DNA of 64,000 bases, from positions 218,221-282,220 of the forward strand of contig PEZY01000005.1 of the NCBI GenBank assembly GCA_002773855.1, given 5' to 3'. A program made the translations under genes and the position numbers. The DNA is from Candidatus Buchananbacteria bacterium CG10_big_fil_rev_8_21_14_0_10_33_19 (GTDB lineage Bacteria > Patescibacteriota > Patescibacteriia > 2-01-FULL-39-33). The notes beneath the pieces were generated by a model, which had not been told where the DNA came from, did no database searches, and saw only the letters and a program-made list of their open reading frames with translations. Positions 41,967 through 51,371 of the stretch are shown piece by piece; position 1 is the first letter of the stretch, and each line of letters opens with the position of its first letter.

Positions 41967-43667
41967 ATGTCAATTGGTCCATCATTAGAAGACTTGCTTT
42001 CCAAATCAGACCAAGAAGATGATGAAGGAAAAGAATCACAGCTTCAGAAAAAAATAAAACAAATAACTATTAAAGAAAAGGAGCAGGAAACTGAAAAAAA
42101 AGCTGATTCTGTTGGCTTACCATATTTAAATTTAGTTGGCTTTGGTGCTAGCCCAGATGCTTTGTCTATCATCCCCAAAGAACAGTCTAAAGAACTAAAA
42201 ACTATTTGTTTTTTTAATGACGGCAAAGAAATCAGATTGGGTACAGTCGATCAAACTAATGACGTTAAAAAATTAGAAGTCGAGTTGAAAGAAAAACACC
42301 ACGCTAACGTGGCAACCTACTTAATATCTCAAAGCAGTTTTGACTACGGTTTTAAATTATACGATGCTCTACCAGAGATTAGAAAATTTATTAAAGGTAT
42401 TGCTATTACCGAAGAAGAGATCAAAAAATACGAAGCAGAAATCAAAACTTTTCGTGATTTAAATGAAAAATTAAAAAAAGCTTCTATCACCGAACTAGTC
42501 ACCCTTATTATTGCCGGCGCTATTAAATCCAGGGCTTCCGATATTCACATTGAAGCCGAAGAAAAAGACATTAAAGTGCGTTATCGTATTGACGGTGTTT
42601 TAAATGATGTCGCTATTATCGACAAAGAAACTTGGCCTAAGATTGATTCTCGTATCAAGCAACTAGCCAAACTAAAAATCAATGTTTCTAATCGTCCGCA
42701 GGATGGTCGATTTGCTATTTATCTAAAAGATGATCGCGTAGATGTCAGAGTTAGTGCCTTGCCAACTGGCTTCGGTGAAAGTATTGTTATTAGACTTTTA
42801 ATGTCCTCGGCGGTGGGTTTATCATTTGAAGATTTAGGTATTCGTGGTCGATCATTTAAAACACTGGAGAGAGAAATCAAAAGACCAAATGGCATGATTA
42901 TTACTACTGGACCAACTGGTTCTGGTAAAACCACAACTCTTTACGCCATACTCAAAAAATTAAACAACCCTGAAACCAAAATTATTACCATTGAAGATCC
43001 GATTGAATATGAATTAACTGGCGTCAATCAAAGCCAAGTCAGCAGCGAATACACTTTTGCCAAAGGTCTTAGATCTATTGTTCGACAAGATCCTGACATT
43101 GTAATGGTTGGAGAAATCCGTGATCTAGAAACTGCCGAAATTTCTATCCAAGCCTCTTTAACTGGACACTTAGTGTTATCAACCATCCACACCAACGATG
43201 CTTTTGGTACTATTCCCCGCTTTTTAGCTTTGGGCGCTAAACCATTTTTACTAGCTCCTGCCTTAAATGTAGCTATTGGCCAAAGATTAGTACGAAAAGT
43301 TTGTGAAAGTTGTAAGGCCGAAACAGAAATTGATACTGAATCATTAGAGAGAGTTAAAAAATTATTATCCAATCTACCAGAGGAAGATAAAGCCGAATAT
43401 AAAATTGATTTAGAAAATTTAAAATTCTATAAAGGTCAAGGTTGTGATGCTTGCCAAGGCTTGGGCTACAAAGGTAGAATTGGTATTTATGAAATTATGC
43501 CTATTGAAGGCGAAATAGAAGATACTATTATCAAAGGTAATTTATCAGAAGTTGACATCAAAGCTATGGCCACTAAAATTGGTGTAGTCACTATGGTCCA
43601 AGATGGATTACTCAAAGCTATAGAGGGCATTACCTCGGTTGAGGAAGTATTTAGAGTCGCCGAATAA
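41967..43667 (+). CDS. pilB: Type IV pilus/T2SS assembly ATPase (PilB/GspE)
   Basis: ASDIHIE, PQDGRF, GPTGSGKTT, RQDPD, TGHLV, CxxC zinc motifs, GYKGR. Confidence 0.9.
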   Translation: MSIGPSLEDLLSKSDQEDDEGKESQLQKKIKQITIKEKEQETEKKADSVGLPYLNLVGFGASPDALSIIPKEQSKELKTICFFNDGKEIRLGTVDQTNDVKKLEVELKEKHHANVATYLISQSSFDYGFKLYDALPEIRKFIKGIAITEEEIKKYEAEIKTFRDLNEKLKKASITELVTLIIAGAIKSRASDIHIEAEEKDIKVRYRIDGVLNDVAIIDKETWPKIDSRIKQLAKLKINVSNRPQDGRFAIYLKDDRVDVRVSALPTGFGESIVIRLLMSSAVGLSFEDLGIRGRSFKTLEREIKRPNGMIITTGPTGSGKTTTLYAILKKLNNPETKIITIEDPIEYELTGVNQSQVSSEYTFAKGLRSIVRQDPDIVMVGEIRDLETAEISIQASLTGHLVLSTIHTNDAFGTIPRFLALGAKPFLLAPALNVAIGQRLVRKVCESCKAETEIDTESLERVKKLLSNLPEEDKAEYKIDLENLKFYKGQGCDACQGLGYKGRIGIYEIMPIEGEIEDTIIKGNLSEVDIKAMATKIGVVTMVQDGLLKAIEGITSVEEVFRVAE

Positions 43668-43799
43668 GAATTGTAACCACAATAAAAAGTGCCGTTATTT
43701 GGCATTTTTTATTACATAAAATAATATTGACATAATTAATTATTTATGATAACCTAATTAGTTGTTCATTCTATACAACCTTAAGTAGAAAGGTATGTT

Positions 43800-44348
43800 A
43801 TGGTTATCAAAAAAGGCAACTACCGAATTGTCATAGTTATTGGCAGTTTAGTTATTAAATTGCCGAGGGTTAGATTGAAAAGTGCTATACAATGCTTAAT
43901 TTTTGAAATTAAACATGGGCTAATATCCAAATATTATAGCAACGCTATTTTATATGCTCCGAGTTCTAAAACCAATTTATTTGGCGGTATTATTTCTAAC
44001 TGGCAAGAATATCAGTTTTATCATCAGACTAAATTGCCAATTTTAATGCCCACCTACTTTTCTTTTTTTGGTTTATTTAACATTCAAAAACGAGGTAAGC
44101 TCCTAGATGTAAACCGTAAAGATTTATTTCAACAACTCTATGATCTAACCAACGGTGAAGTTTTTGATGATAGCCATGCCTTTGCAAATCCCGCTAACTT
44201 CTGTTTGCAAAATGGTAAGTTAGTAATGATTGATTATAGTAAAAAATCTAGAAATGTTTTAATTAAATACGGAGAAAAAATTCAACAAGAATTTAATCTT
44301 TCCTATAGTTGGGAAGAGGAATATAAAAAATTAAAAGAAGCTGAGTAA
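43800..44348 (+). CDS. Hypothetical protein, possible minimal kinase-like fold
   Basis: G..R.V.....VIK, later D......ANF.....LVMIDY. Confidence 0.55.
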   Translation: MVIKKGNYRIVIVIGSLVIKLPRVRLKSAIQCLIFEIKHGLISKYYSNAILYAPSSKTNLFGGIISNWQEYQFYHQTKLPILMPTYFSFFGLFNIQKRGKLLDVNRKDLFQQLYDLTNGEVFDDSHAFANPANFCLQNGKLVMIDYSKKSRNVLIKYGEKIQQEFNLSYSWEEEYKKLKEAE

Positions 44349-44358
44349 TATCAGCTTC

Positions 44359-44784
44359 TTATTTTTTTATCTCAATTTCTCTTTCATCTCCTTCTAAAGA
44401 TTTAAAATTTATTTCTATACAATTATCCGGCCAAATATTACGTACTCTATCTGCCCACTCAATAATCGTCACACAATTATTGTCATTGATATAATCGCTA
44501 GACCCAATTGCTTCTAAATCTTGACCGCTGGTTAATCTATAAGCATCGATATGTGCTAATTTATTAATGTTACCAGCTTTAGCTATATAATTTTTCATCA
44601 AAACAAAAGTTGGGCTGGTAACTATTTTTTCTACCCCCAAGCCTTTAGCTAAACCCTTGGAGAAGGCGGTTTTACCAGCTCCCAGATCGCCGATCAAACA
44701 AAGTGTTTCACCACCATTTAATTGACTAGCGAAATCATAAGCAAGTGCAAATGTTTCTTGTTCTGAGTTAGTAATGATTTTCAT
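44359..44784 (-). CDS. tsaE: t6A biosynthesis ATPase TsaE
   Basis: [23 protein letters not shown]. Confidence 0.96.
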   Translation of the reverse strand: MKIITNSEQETFALAYDFASQLNGGETLCLIGDLGAGKTAFSKGLAKGLGVEKIVTSPTFVLMKNYIAKAGNINKLAHIDAYRLTSGQDLEAIGSSDYINDNNCVTIIEWADRVRNIWPDNCIEINFKSLEGDEREIEIKK

Positions 44785-44834
44785 AATTTATCTAATTTAA
44801 GCTATTTCTAACACTTCAATCTAGGTCTGAAGTG

Positions 44835-45851
44835 TTACTCTAATTCCCAATTAGGATCAGCTTTTATCTTTTGCCAATTATCCATTGTAGGCATTTTTTC
44901 TTTGGCCAAATAATAAGCAGCGATAGCAATCATGCCAGCATTGTCTGTGCAATATTGAAACTCGGGCACAAAAAAATCCAGAGACTGTTCTTTGACAGCC
45001 GCTTCTAATTCTTGTCTTAATTTTTTATTAGCGGCAACACCACCGGCCATAAATACGGTTTTAGCCCCAAATTTTTTAGCCGCAGCAATAGTTTTTTTAA
45101 TCAAAACATCAACTACCGCTTGCTCAAAGGAAGCGCACATATCATTAACATCCTGCTCATTTTGTAAATCAATTTCTTTTAATTTATACAAGACGGCAGT
45201 TTTTAAACCAGAAAAAGAAAAATTAAAATCACCACTACCCTGCATCGGACGAGGCAAAGCAAAGCGTTTTACATCACCAGCCATAGCTCGCTTAGAAACT
45301 ATTGGTCCACCAGGATACCCTAAGTCCAATAATTTAGCTACCTTGTCAAAAGCTTCACCGGCAGCATCATCCACAGTCTGGCCAATTTTTTTAAATTGAT
45401 TATAATCCTCAATTAAGATTAATTCGGTATGACCACCAGAAACTACCAAAGCGATCGCCGGAAAGTTAATTTTATTATTTAAAAAATTAGCCGCCAAGTG
45501 AGCATACATATGATTAATTTCCATCACTGGCTTATTCCAAGCCACACCCAAAGATTTGGCCGCTTCAACTCCAACGATAAGTGAGGTAATTAGCCCAGGG
45601 CCAGAGGTGACCGCAATAAAATCAAAATCAACTGGTTTCATATTAGCGGTTTCCAAACTTTCCATAATTACCGGCGTAATATTTTTAACATGGTGACGAG
45701 CCGCTATCTCTGGGACAACACCACCATATTCTTTATGAATATCAATTTGTGATGAGACGATATTTGAAACTACCTCAACTACACCATTGTTCTCAGATAG
45801 AACTGCGGCTGAAGTCTCGTCACAGGATGTTTCAATAGCTAAAATATTCAT
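44835..45851 (-). CDS. tsaD: t6A threonylcarbamoyltransferase TsaD
   Basis: IETSCDET, GGVVPE, VSGGHT, DDAAGEAFDK, TDNAGMI. Confidence 0.98.
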   Translation of the reverse strand: MNILAIETSCDETSAAVLSENNGVVEVVSNIVSSQIDIHKEYGGVVPEIAARHHVKNITPVIMESLETANMKPVDFDFIAVTSGPGLITSLIVGVEAAKSLGVAWNKPVMEINHMYAHLAANFLNNKINFPAIALVVSGGHTELILIEDYNQFKKIGQTVDDAAGEAFDKVAKLLDLGYPGGPIVSKRAMAGDVKRFALPRPMQGSGDFNFSFSGLKTAVLYKLKEIDLQNEQDVNDMCASFEQAVVDVLIKKTIAAAKKFGAKTVFMAGGVAANKKLRQELEAAVKEQSLDFFVPEFQYCTDNAGMIAIAAYYLAKEKMPTMDNWQKIKADPNWELE

Positions 45852-46553
45852 TTATTTTTTTAAATATGATTTTCGTTTATCTTCTTGAAATCGTTCAATA
45901 GCATATCTTAACATAGTTCTGGGCATTTGTCCACTATGCTGTTGTAAAAATTTCTCTAAACTTTTCTGATCTCTTTTACCAGCCTCTCTTAGCATCCAGC
46001 CTACTGCTTTATGAATTAAATCATGATTGTCAGTTAATAAAATCTTGGCAATTTTAAAGGTATCGGTAAATTCATTGTTTCTAATAAAAGAGTAGGTAGA
46101 CACTATCGCTATTCTTCTTTGCCAAATATTTTTAGATCTAACTAATTTATACAAAATATCACGTGACTGATTTAATAAATAATTACCGATAATATTTGGC
46201 GCTGATAAATCCACTAGATCCCAATTATTTATATATTTCAAATTCTTAAGATAAAAATTAAATATTTGTTTTTGAATTTTACCATCACTCGTCTTATAAT
46301 TAGTCACCAATATAAGAACGGCCACTAACCGATATTCATGAGTTTTACTATTCAATAATTGCTTGAGGTCTGAATACCTTAAATCTAAATATTTTTTGGC
46401 TACCTGTCTTTGAACTGGCACAACAATCCCTAAAAAAACATCACCCTCACCATACTCTCCGGGCCCAGTTTTAAAAAAGCCCTGCAAAACAATAGCCTTC
46501 TTTTTGTTGGACAGTGATTCCAACTCCTTAGTTAGATTTAATAATTTATTCAT
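45852..46553 (-). CDS. DNA alkylation repair protein (AlkD-like)
   Basis: FFKTGPGEYGEGD, NNWDLVD, KAVGWMLRE, RYAIE. Confidence 0.9.
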   Translation of the reverse strand: MNKLLNLTKELESLSNKKKAIVLQGFFKTGPGEYGEGDVFLGIVVPVQRQVAKKYLDLRYSDLKQLLNSKTHEYRLVAVLILVTNYKTSDGKIQKQIFNFYLKNLKYINNWDLVDLSAPNIIGNYLLNQSRDILYKLVRSKNIWQRRIAIVSTYSFIRNNEFTDTFKIAKILLTDNHDLIHKAVGWMLREAGKRDQKSLEKFLQQHSGQMPRTMLRYAIERFQEDKRKSYLKK

Positions 46554-46597
46554 ATTAAATTAATATTAACAAAAAAAGGATTAATTGGCGATTGATA

Positions 46598-46626
46598 TTG
46601 ACTTTTTAGCCAAAATACTATATAAT
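46598..46626 (+). promoter_or_regulatory. Promoter of tRNA-Glu
   Basis: TTGACT-17-TATAAT. Confidence 0.8.
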
Positions 46627-46670
46627 ACTAATCGTGGTTTAATAACCGCATTTTTTAAACCCAAAAACTT

Positions 46671-46742
46671 GGGGCCATCGTCTAACGGTTAGGACATCAG
46701 GTTTTCATCCTGAAAATCGGGGTTCGATTCCCCGTGGCCCTA
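46671..46742 (+). tRNA. tRNA-Glu(UUC), CCA not encoded
   Basis: GGGGCCA/TGGCCCT acceptor, TCAGG-TTTTCAT-CCTGA anticodon arm, GGTTCGATTCC T arm. Confidence 0.96.
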
Positions 46743-46839
46743 CAAGCAAAAACATCCTTATTTTATAAGGGTGTTTTTTGTATACCCAAGGGAGAAGTCG
46801 AACCCCGAGTATTTTTTTAATAAAAAAAATTACCCCCGC

Positions 46840-46983
46840 TTAGATATTAACTAAACGGGGATTTTGGGAATAGCTATTGCTTAGAACGACAACCTTGTTG
46901 GGGTCACCCGTCATTTCAACAAGCTCGTCAATGGGATTCTTCACTGTATGCAACTCCTTGGGGATAGCATTGACCATCATCAT
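46840..46983 (-). CDS. Putative small protein (47 aa from ATG 46983, or 34 aa from GTG 46944)
   Basis: TTGACA-17-TATACT promoter at 47047-47019; AAGGAG 9 nt before the GTG; hairpin at the 3' end. Confidence 0.4.
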   Translation of the reverse strand: MMMVNAIPKELHTVKNPIDELVEMTGDPNKVVVLSNSYSQNPRLVNI

Positions 46984-47185
46984 CTCATCACATTCAATGC
47001 CATACTGTCCGCATTATCAGTATAACATACATATTATACTTTGTCAAGTATTATTCAATATTTTACCTAATTTTAGCCAATTATTGACCATTTAAACTGA
47101 CTTTCAAAGACTTAATAACCCTATACCACCTCCTAATATCCAACACTAAGGGGTTTAAATTCTCAATACAGTAGTCTACAAATAT

Positions 47186-47212
47186 AAAAACACTCCGAAA
47201 GGAGTGTTTTTT
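47186..47212. terminator. Terminator after the oxidoreductase operon
   Basis: aaaaacactcc-gaaa-ggagtgtttttt. Confidence 0.85.
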
Positions 47213-47227
47213 ATATATGTCTAAAAA

Positions 47228-47710
47228 CTAAATCTTATTTTTTATTTCCTTACAAAACTTTTTTATTAATTCCTTACCTTCCAGTTTTTTGACCTGTAGA
47301 TCTTGAATTTCCAAAACGGCCACCGGTGCTTTCTGTGCTAGTTGTGACATTACTAATGCCCCGTCTTCGGCGGCAGCATTAAAGGTTAAAAAGAAAGCCA
47401 CATTTTTAAATTTATTTTTAGCTAAATAGGCCTTGACTGCCGGCACGACCCCATCCCAAATAGGAGTTCCAATAACCACCAAATCATAATCTGCAGCATT
47501 TTTAATAGACTCTTCTATCTGAGTGGCTTTGCGCAAATCTTCATCAAAAGCTCCTAAGCGCCAATTTGTTAGATGAGATCTGTCTTTTTTATCAATAATA
47601 TTTTCTAAATCAGCGCGCAGAAATTTGGCAATCATCTTGGCGGTTTGCTCGGTATGACCATGAAGCGAATAATAGGCGACTAATATTTTCATTTCTTTAA
47701 TCCCCCCCAA
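47228..47710 (-). CDS. Flavodoxin-like protein
   Basis: YYSLHGHT, YDLVVIGTPIW; probable start MKILV. Confidence 0.85.
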   Translation of the reverse strand: MGGIKEMKILVAYYSLHGHTEQTAKMIAKFLRADLENIIDKKDRSHLTNWRLGAFDEDLRKATQIEESIKNAADYDLVVIGTPIWDGVVPAVKAYLAKNKFKNVAFFLTFNAAAEDGALVMSQLAQKAPVAVLEIQDLQVKKLEGKELIKKFCKEIKNKI

Positions 47711-48534
47711 CCAACTTTTTTATTTTTTAAATTTACTAATTGTGGCCATTCCTCATCTAAACTTGGACGTGGCTGAGCGTAAAATATACCCAAAGGAATT
47801 TTACCCTTATTGTTTATATAGTCATATTCCTGCGACAAAGCCAAGGCCTTTTTTAAAGTTCTTTTCGCTTCTGGTAACTTATACATTAATCGATCTTTAT
47901 TATTAACATACAAATTAAAGACTACACAATCCTGTAAAATTTCTACAAACGAAAAACCTTTATGTTTAATAGCGGCTTCCATCACCATTCTAGTGTGTTC
48001 AATGTCATTGGCATTACATCTGGCCACAAAACTAGCCCCCGCACTCAGCGCTAAATGAATGGGATTAAGTGGACTATTAAAATTACCGAGCGGCTCTAAA
48101 TTAGATTTAAACCCAGGCTGACTGGTCGGTGTCGCTTGACCGGTAGTTAAAGAAAATGATTGATTATCATTAACAAACAAAGTTAAATCTGGATTAAACC
48201 GGCAAGCATGAATAAAATGAGCCATGCCCTCAGCATAAGTATCACCATCACCAGCAAACACCAAGAGCTCCAAATTGGGATTACCCATTTTCATACCAAT
48301 AGCTGTGGGAATAGCCCGACCATGAAGCGCATAAATACCAGAAATATTTAAATAATCAAAAATTTTACCATGACAACCGATACCAGCAGCCATCGCAAAA
48401 TTATTTTTATTATAACCTTGTTCAACTAGTGATATTAAAGTTCGCCTAGCTGACTCTAAAATAATATGGTCCGGGCAACCTGGACACCATGTTATTTTTT
48501 GATTGGTTCTAAATTGTACTCCTGGTTTATCCAT
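47689..48534 (-). CDS. 2-oxoacid:ferredoxin oxidoreductase beta subunit
   Basis: WCPGC, GIGC, HGRA, GDGD TPP motif, LTTGQATPT. Confidence 0.95.
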   Translation of the reverse strand: MDKPGVQFRTNQKITWCPGCPDHIILESARRTLISLVEQGYNKNNFAMAAGIGCHGKIFDYLNISGIYALHGRAIPTAIGMKMGNPNLELLVFAGDGDTYAEGMAHFIHACRFNPDLTLFVNDNQSFSLTTGQATPTSQPGFKSNLEPLGNFNSPLNPIHLALSAGASFVARCNANDIEHTRMVMEAAIKHKGFSFVEILQDCVVFNLYVNNKDRLMYKLPEAKRTLKKALALSQEYDYINNKGKIPLGIFYAQPRPSLDEEWPQLVNLKNKKVGWGGLKK

Positions 48535-50057
48535 TATGATTTTAACTTGTTTAATAATTCTTGTTTTAATTCATCAGATTTAAATGGTCGGCCATCATAT
48601 TTTAAAATTCTTTTTTCAATTTTTAGACCTGTTTTTTCTCTAATTAATCGGCCCAACTGACCGGTTAAATTTGTCTCTACTAAAATAACATTTTTAGCTG
48701 CCAGTATTTCGGATTTTATCTGATTAGACATGGGCATCATATACAAAACCTGTAAAAACTTAAAATCTTCACCGTCAATCGCGTCCACTATCGCCCCCTT
48801 AGTCGAGCCCCAGCCAATCACCAAATTTTTACTATCTGCTTTGCCATAAATTTTTATCATTTCTAATTTTTGACATTCCTTTTTAATAGCTTGGTACTTT
48901 TTTAATCTATTATCCGCATTTTTAATAGCAATTTTTGGATCTTCAGTCGCTAAACCATCGGCATCAGATTCATAGCCAGATACTTTTACTACTCCTTGAC
49001 CAGGAATTAAACGCTTAACTACAACTGGTAAAGTTTTTTTATTTTTAGAAAATAAAGAGAATTCTGATTCAGCTAAATGTTTATCTGATAACAAAATAGA
49101 TAAAGCCCCAAATTTTTCTGATAAATAAAAAGCTTCATTAACCTTTTCCATAGCTTCATCCGGATCACCAGGCGCTACGACTATCCGAGGAAATTCCCCA
49201 TGACCAGAGCGTAGAGCAATTTCTAAATCACCCTGCATACTATAAGTAGGCAAACCAGTAGCTGGACCAGGTCTAGAAGCTAAATAAACCACCAAAGGAA
49301 TCTGACTCATGCCTTGTAAACTAAGCCCTTCGGACATTAAATCATAACCACCACCACTGGTCCCAACCATTGTCCGAGCCCCAGAAAAACTGGCCCCTAA
49401 AGCCATGTTAATAGCTGAAATTTCACCTTCTGGTTGAAACACCAAACAATTATTTTTTAACTGATCTTTCGCCAACATTTCCGAAACACCAGTCGCTGGT
49501 GTCATTGGATAAGCAAAATACATATCTATTTTAGAATTAATGGCCCCTTTAGCTATAGCACTGGAACCGCTTAAAATAGAAATTTGATTATTAAGCACCT
49601 TTAAATTAAATTTGGACGTTTGTTTGTTATAACCTTCAGTTAAAGCATCAACTGACAATTTATTTTTAATCTTGGCTTTCACTACACTGGCTAGAACTTT
49701 ATTATCAAAACCTAACACTTTAATCAGTGAGCCAGCTAAGGCGACGTTGGTATTTAGACCCAGACCACTAAAATCTTTATAAGCCAAAATCAAACCATCT
49801 TTTTTTAAACTACTTTTATGGATTTTGATGGTATCCTCATCTAAAGCAATAACAACATCTATTGCCGATTCATGACTGGCTATTGGCCGATCCGAAATCG
49901 AAACTATATTAAAATTATTACCACCACGAATAATAGATGGGTAATCACGATAATTAAAAATATAATAACCGTTTTTAACTAAAGTTTCAGCAATAATACC
50001 AGAGACCTTGTTAATACCTTGGCCGGCCTTACCACCAATTAAGATATTTAAGCGCAT
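48534..50057 (-). CDS. 2-oxoacid:ferredoxin oxidoreductase alpha (gamma-alpha fusion)
   Basis: GGKAGQG, IRGG, YPMTPAT, TSGGG, RPGPATGLPT, GWGST. Confidence 0.95.
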   Translation of the reverse strand: MRLNILIGGKAGQGINKVSGIIAETLVKNGYYIFNYRDYPSIIRGGNNFNIVSISDRPIASHESAIDVVIALDEDTIKIHKSSLKKDGLILAYKDFSGLGLNTNVALAGSLIKVLGFDNKVLASVVKAKIKNKLSVDALTEGYNKQTSKFNLKVLNNQISILSGSSAIAKGAINSKIDMYFAYPMTPATGVSEMLAKDQLKNNCLVFQPEGEISAINMALGASFSGARTMVGTSGGGYDLMSEGLSLQGMSQIPLVVYLASRPGPATGLPTYSMQGDLEIALRSGHGEFPRIVVAPGDPDEAMEKVNEAFYLSEKFGALSILLSDKHLAESEFSLFSKNKKTLPVVVKRLIPGQGVVKVSGYESDADGLATEDPKIAIKNADNRLKKYQAIKKECQKLEMIKIYGKADSKNLVIGWGSTKGAIVDAIDGEDFKFLQVLYMMPMSNQIKSEILAAKNVILVETNLTGQLGRLIREKTGLKIEKRILKYDGRPFKSDELKQELLNKLKS

Positions 50058-50120
50058 GAGAATCTTAAATTGATTATATTTTTATTATAACAAAAAATTA
50101 AAATATATTATACTATATAT

Positions 50121-50945
50121 ATGAATATTAAATTAATCATTGTTTTAATTTTTAGTACACTTTTTTTAAGTGGTTGTTATAATTCTCAAAAATCAAGTCC
50201 ATTAGTTGCTGCAGAGGACATTAATACAGAAAAACCAGCAACCGCTACCCTAGAAATAGATTTAGAGAAATTAGAAGCAACTGTGCCAATTTTAATTTAT
50301 CACCATATTAGAGAAATACAATCAAATGATAGCCAAGATGCTAGAACTTTTATTGTGATACCAGAAAATTTTGAAAAACAACTAAAATATTTAGCTGACA
50401 ATAATTTTACTACTATCTACTTTGATGATTTAGTTAATTATTTTAAAGGTATTAGCAACTTACCAGAAAAACCAATTATTATTACTTTCGATGATGGGAC
50501 TACTAACCAATACAATAATGCTTTTCCATTTTTGCAAAAATATAATCTGGTAGCAACTTTTTATTTATTTACCAACCCGATTGATATTAATGATAATTAT
50601 TTAAATTCTGTGCAAATAAAAGAAATGTCTAATGAAGGTATGGCGTTTGGCAGTCATGGCTGGTATCACCTATATCTAGACAAAGAAAAAGATGATGCTG
50701 TTTTAAATAAAGAAATTATAAGCAGTAAACAAAAATTAGAGAAAATATTAAACCAAGAGGTCACTACCTTTGCTTATCCTTTTGGCAGCTATTTACCAGA
50801 AACAATAGACCGGCTAAAAGCCGCTGGTTATACCACAGCTCGTGGTATTGTAAATGGTCAAGACCATACTAGCAGTGATTTATTTAAACTTAATGGTTAT
50901 TTTATTACCAATGATTTTCAACGCTTTAAAAATATAGTTAATTAA
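50121..50945 (+). CDS. Polysaccharide deacetylase lipoprotein
   Basis: LSGC lipobox, PILIYHH, ITFDDG, GSHGWYH, FAYPFG. Confidence 0.92.
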   Translation: MNIKLIIVLIFSTLFLSGCYNSQKSSPLVAAEDINTEKPATATLEIDLEKLEATVPILIYHHIREIQSNDSQDARTFIVIPENFEKQLKYLADNNFTTIYFDDLVNYFKGISNLPEKPIIITFDDGTTNQYNNAFPFLQKYNLVATFYLFTNPIDINDNYLNSVQIKEMSNEGMAFGSHGWYHLYLDKEKDDAVLNKEIISSKQKLEKILNQEVTTFAYPFGSYLPETIDRLKAAGYTTARGIVNGQDHTSSDLFKLNGYFITNDFQRFKNIVN

Positions 50946-50987
50946 TTTTTCAATAAAAAAACCGTATACTTTCACATATACGGTCGA

Positions 50988-51308
50988 TCATTGTGGTAAC
51001 TCCTTACCTAACACCAATTGCTTAGCTTTCTCCATTGATGAATATGTAATGACCCAACAACTACGACGAGGTGGTAAAATAGTAATAACTACTCCAGTCA
51101 ACTCATCTTGAATAATAACAAACCAATTCTCATCTGGAATACTCCAGAATAATTTATGAATCTTACGACTAGAAAATTTTTTTATTTGCTCAAAACCAAC
51201 AATCACACATAAATTATACCTTATAATATCCTCCACATCTTCAAGTGGTAAATTAGACCTTCTACTTAGTCGCTGACGAGCATGACGACTAAACTTCACG
51301 TTAGACAC
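50988..51308 (-). CDS. Small DUF4258-like hypothetical protein
   Basis: FSRHARQRL N-terminus and VVITIL; GTG start with AAGGAGG SD. Confidence 0.55.
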   Translation of the reverse strand: MSNVKFSRHARQRLSRRSNLPLEDVEDIIRYNLCVIVGFEQIKKFSSRKIHKLFWSIPDENWFVIIQDELTGVVITILPPRRSCWVITYSSMEKAKQLVLGKELPQ

Positions 51309-51371
51309 GACTAATCCTCCTTGTAGGTTGTAATATTTACAATGTACTTATAATATATTACACTATTTTGA

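Noticed and set aside
46743-47200. Prophage or integrative element at tRNA-Glu
   Set aside because: No integrase and no direct att repeat in the window
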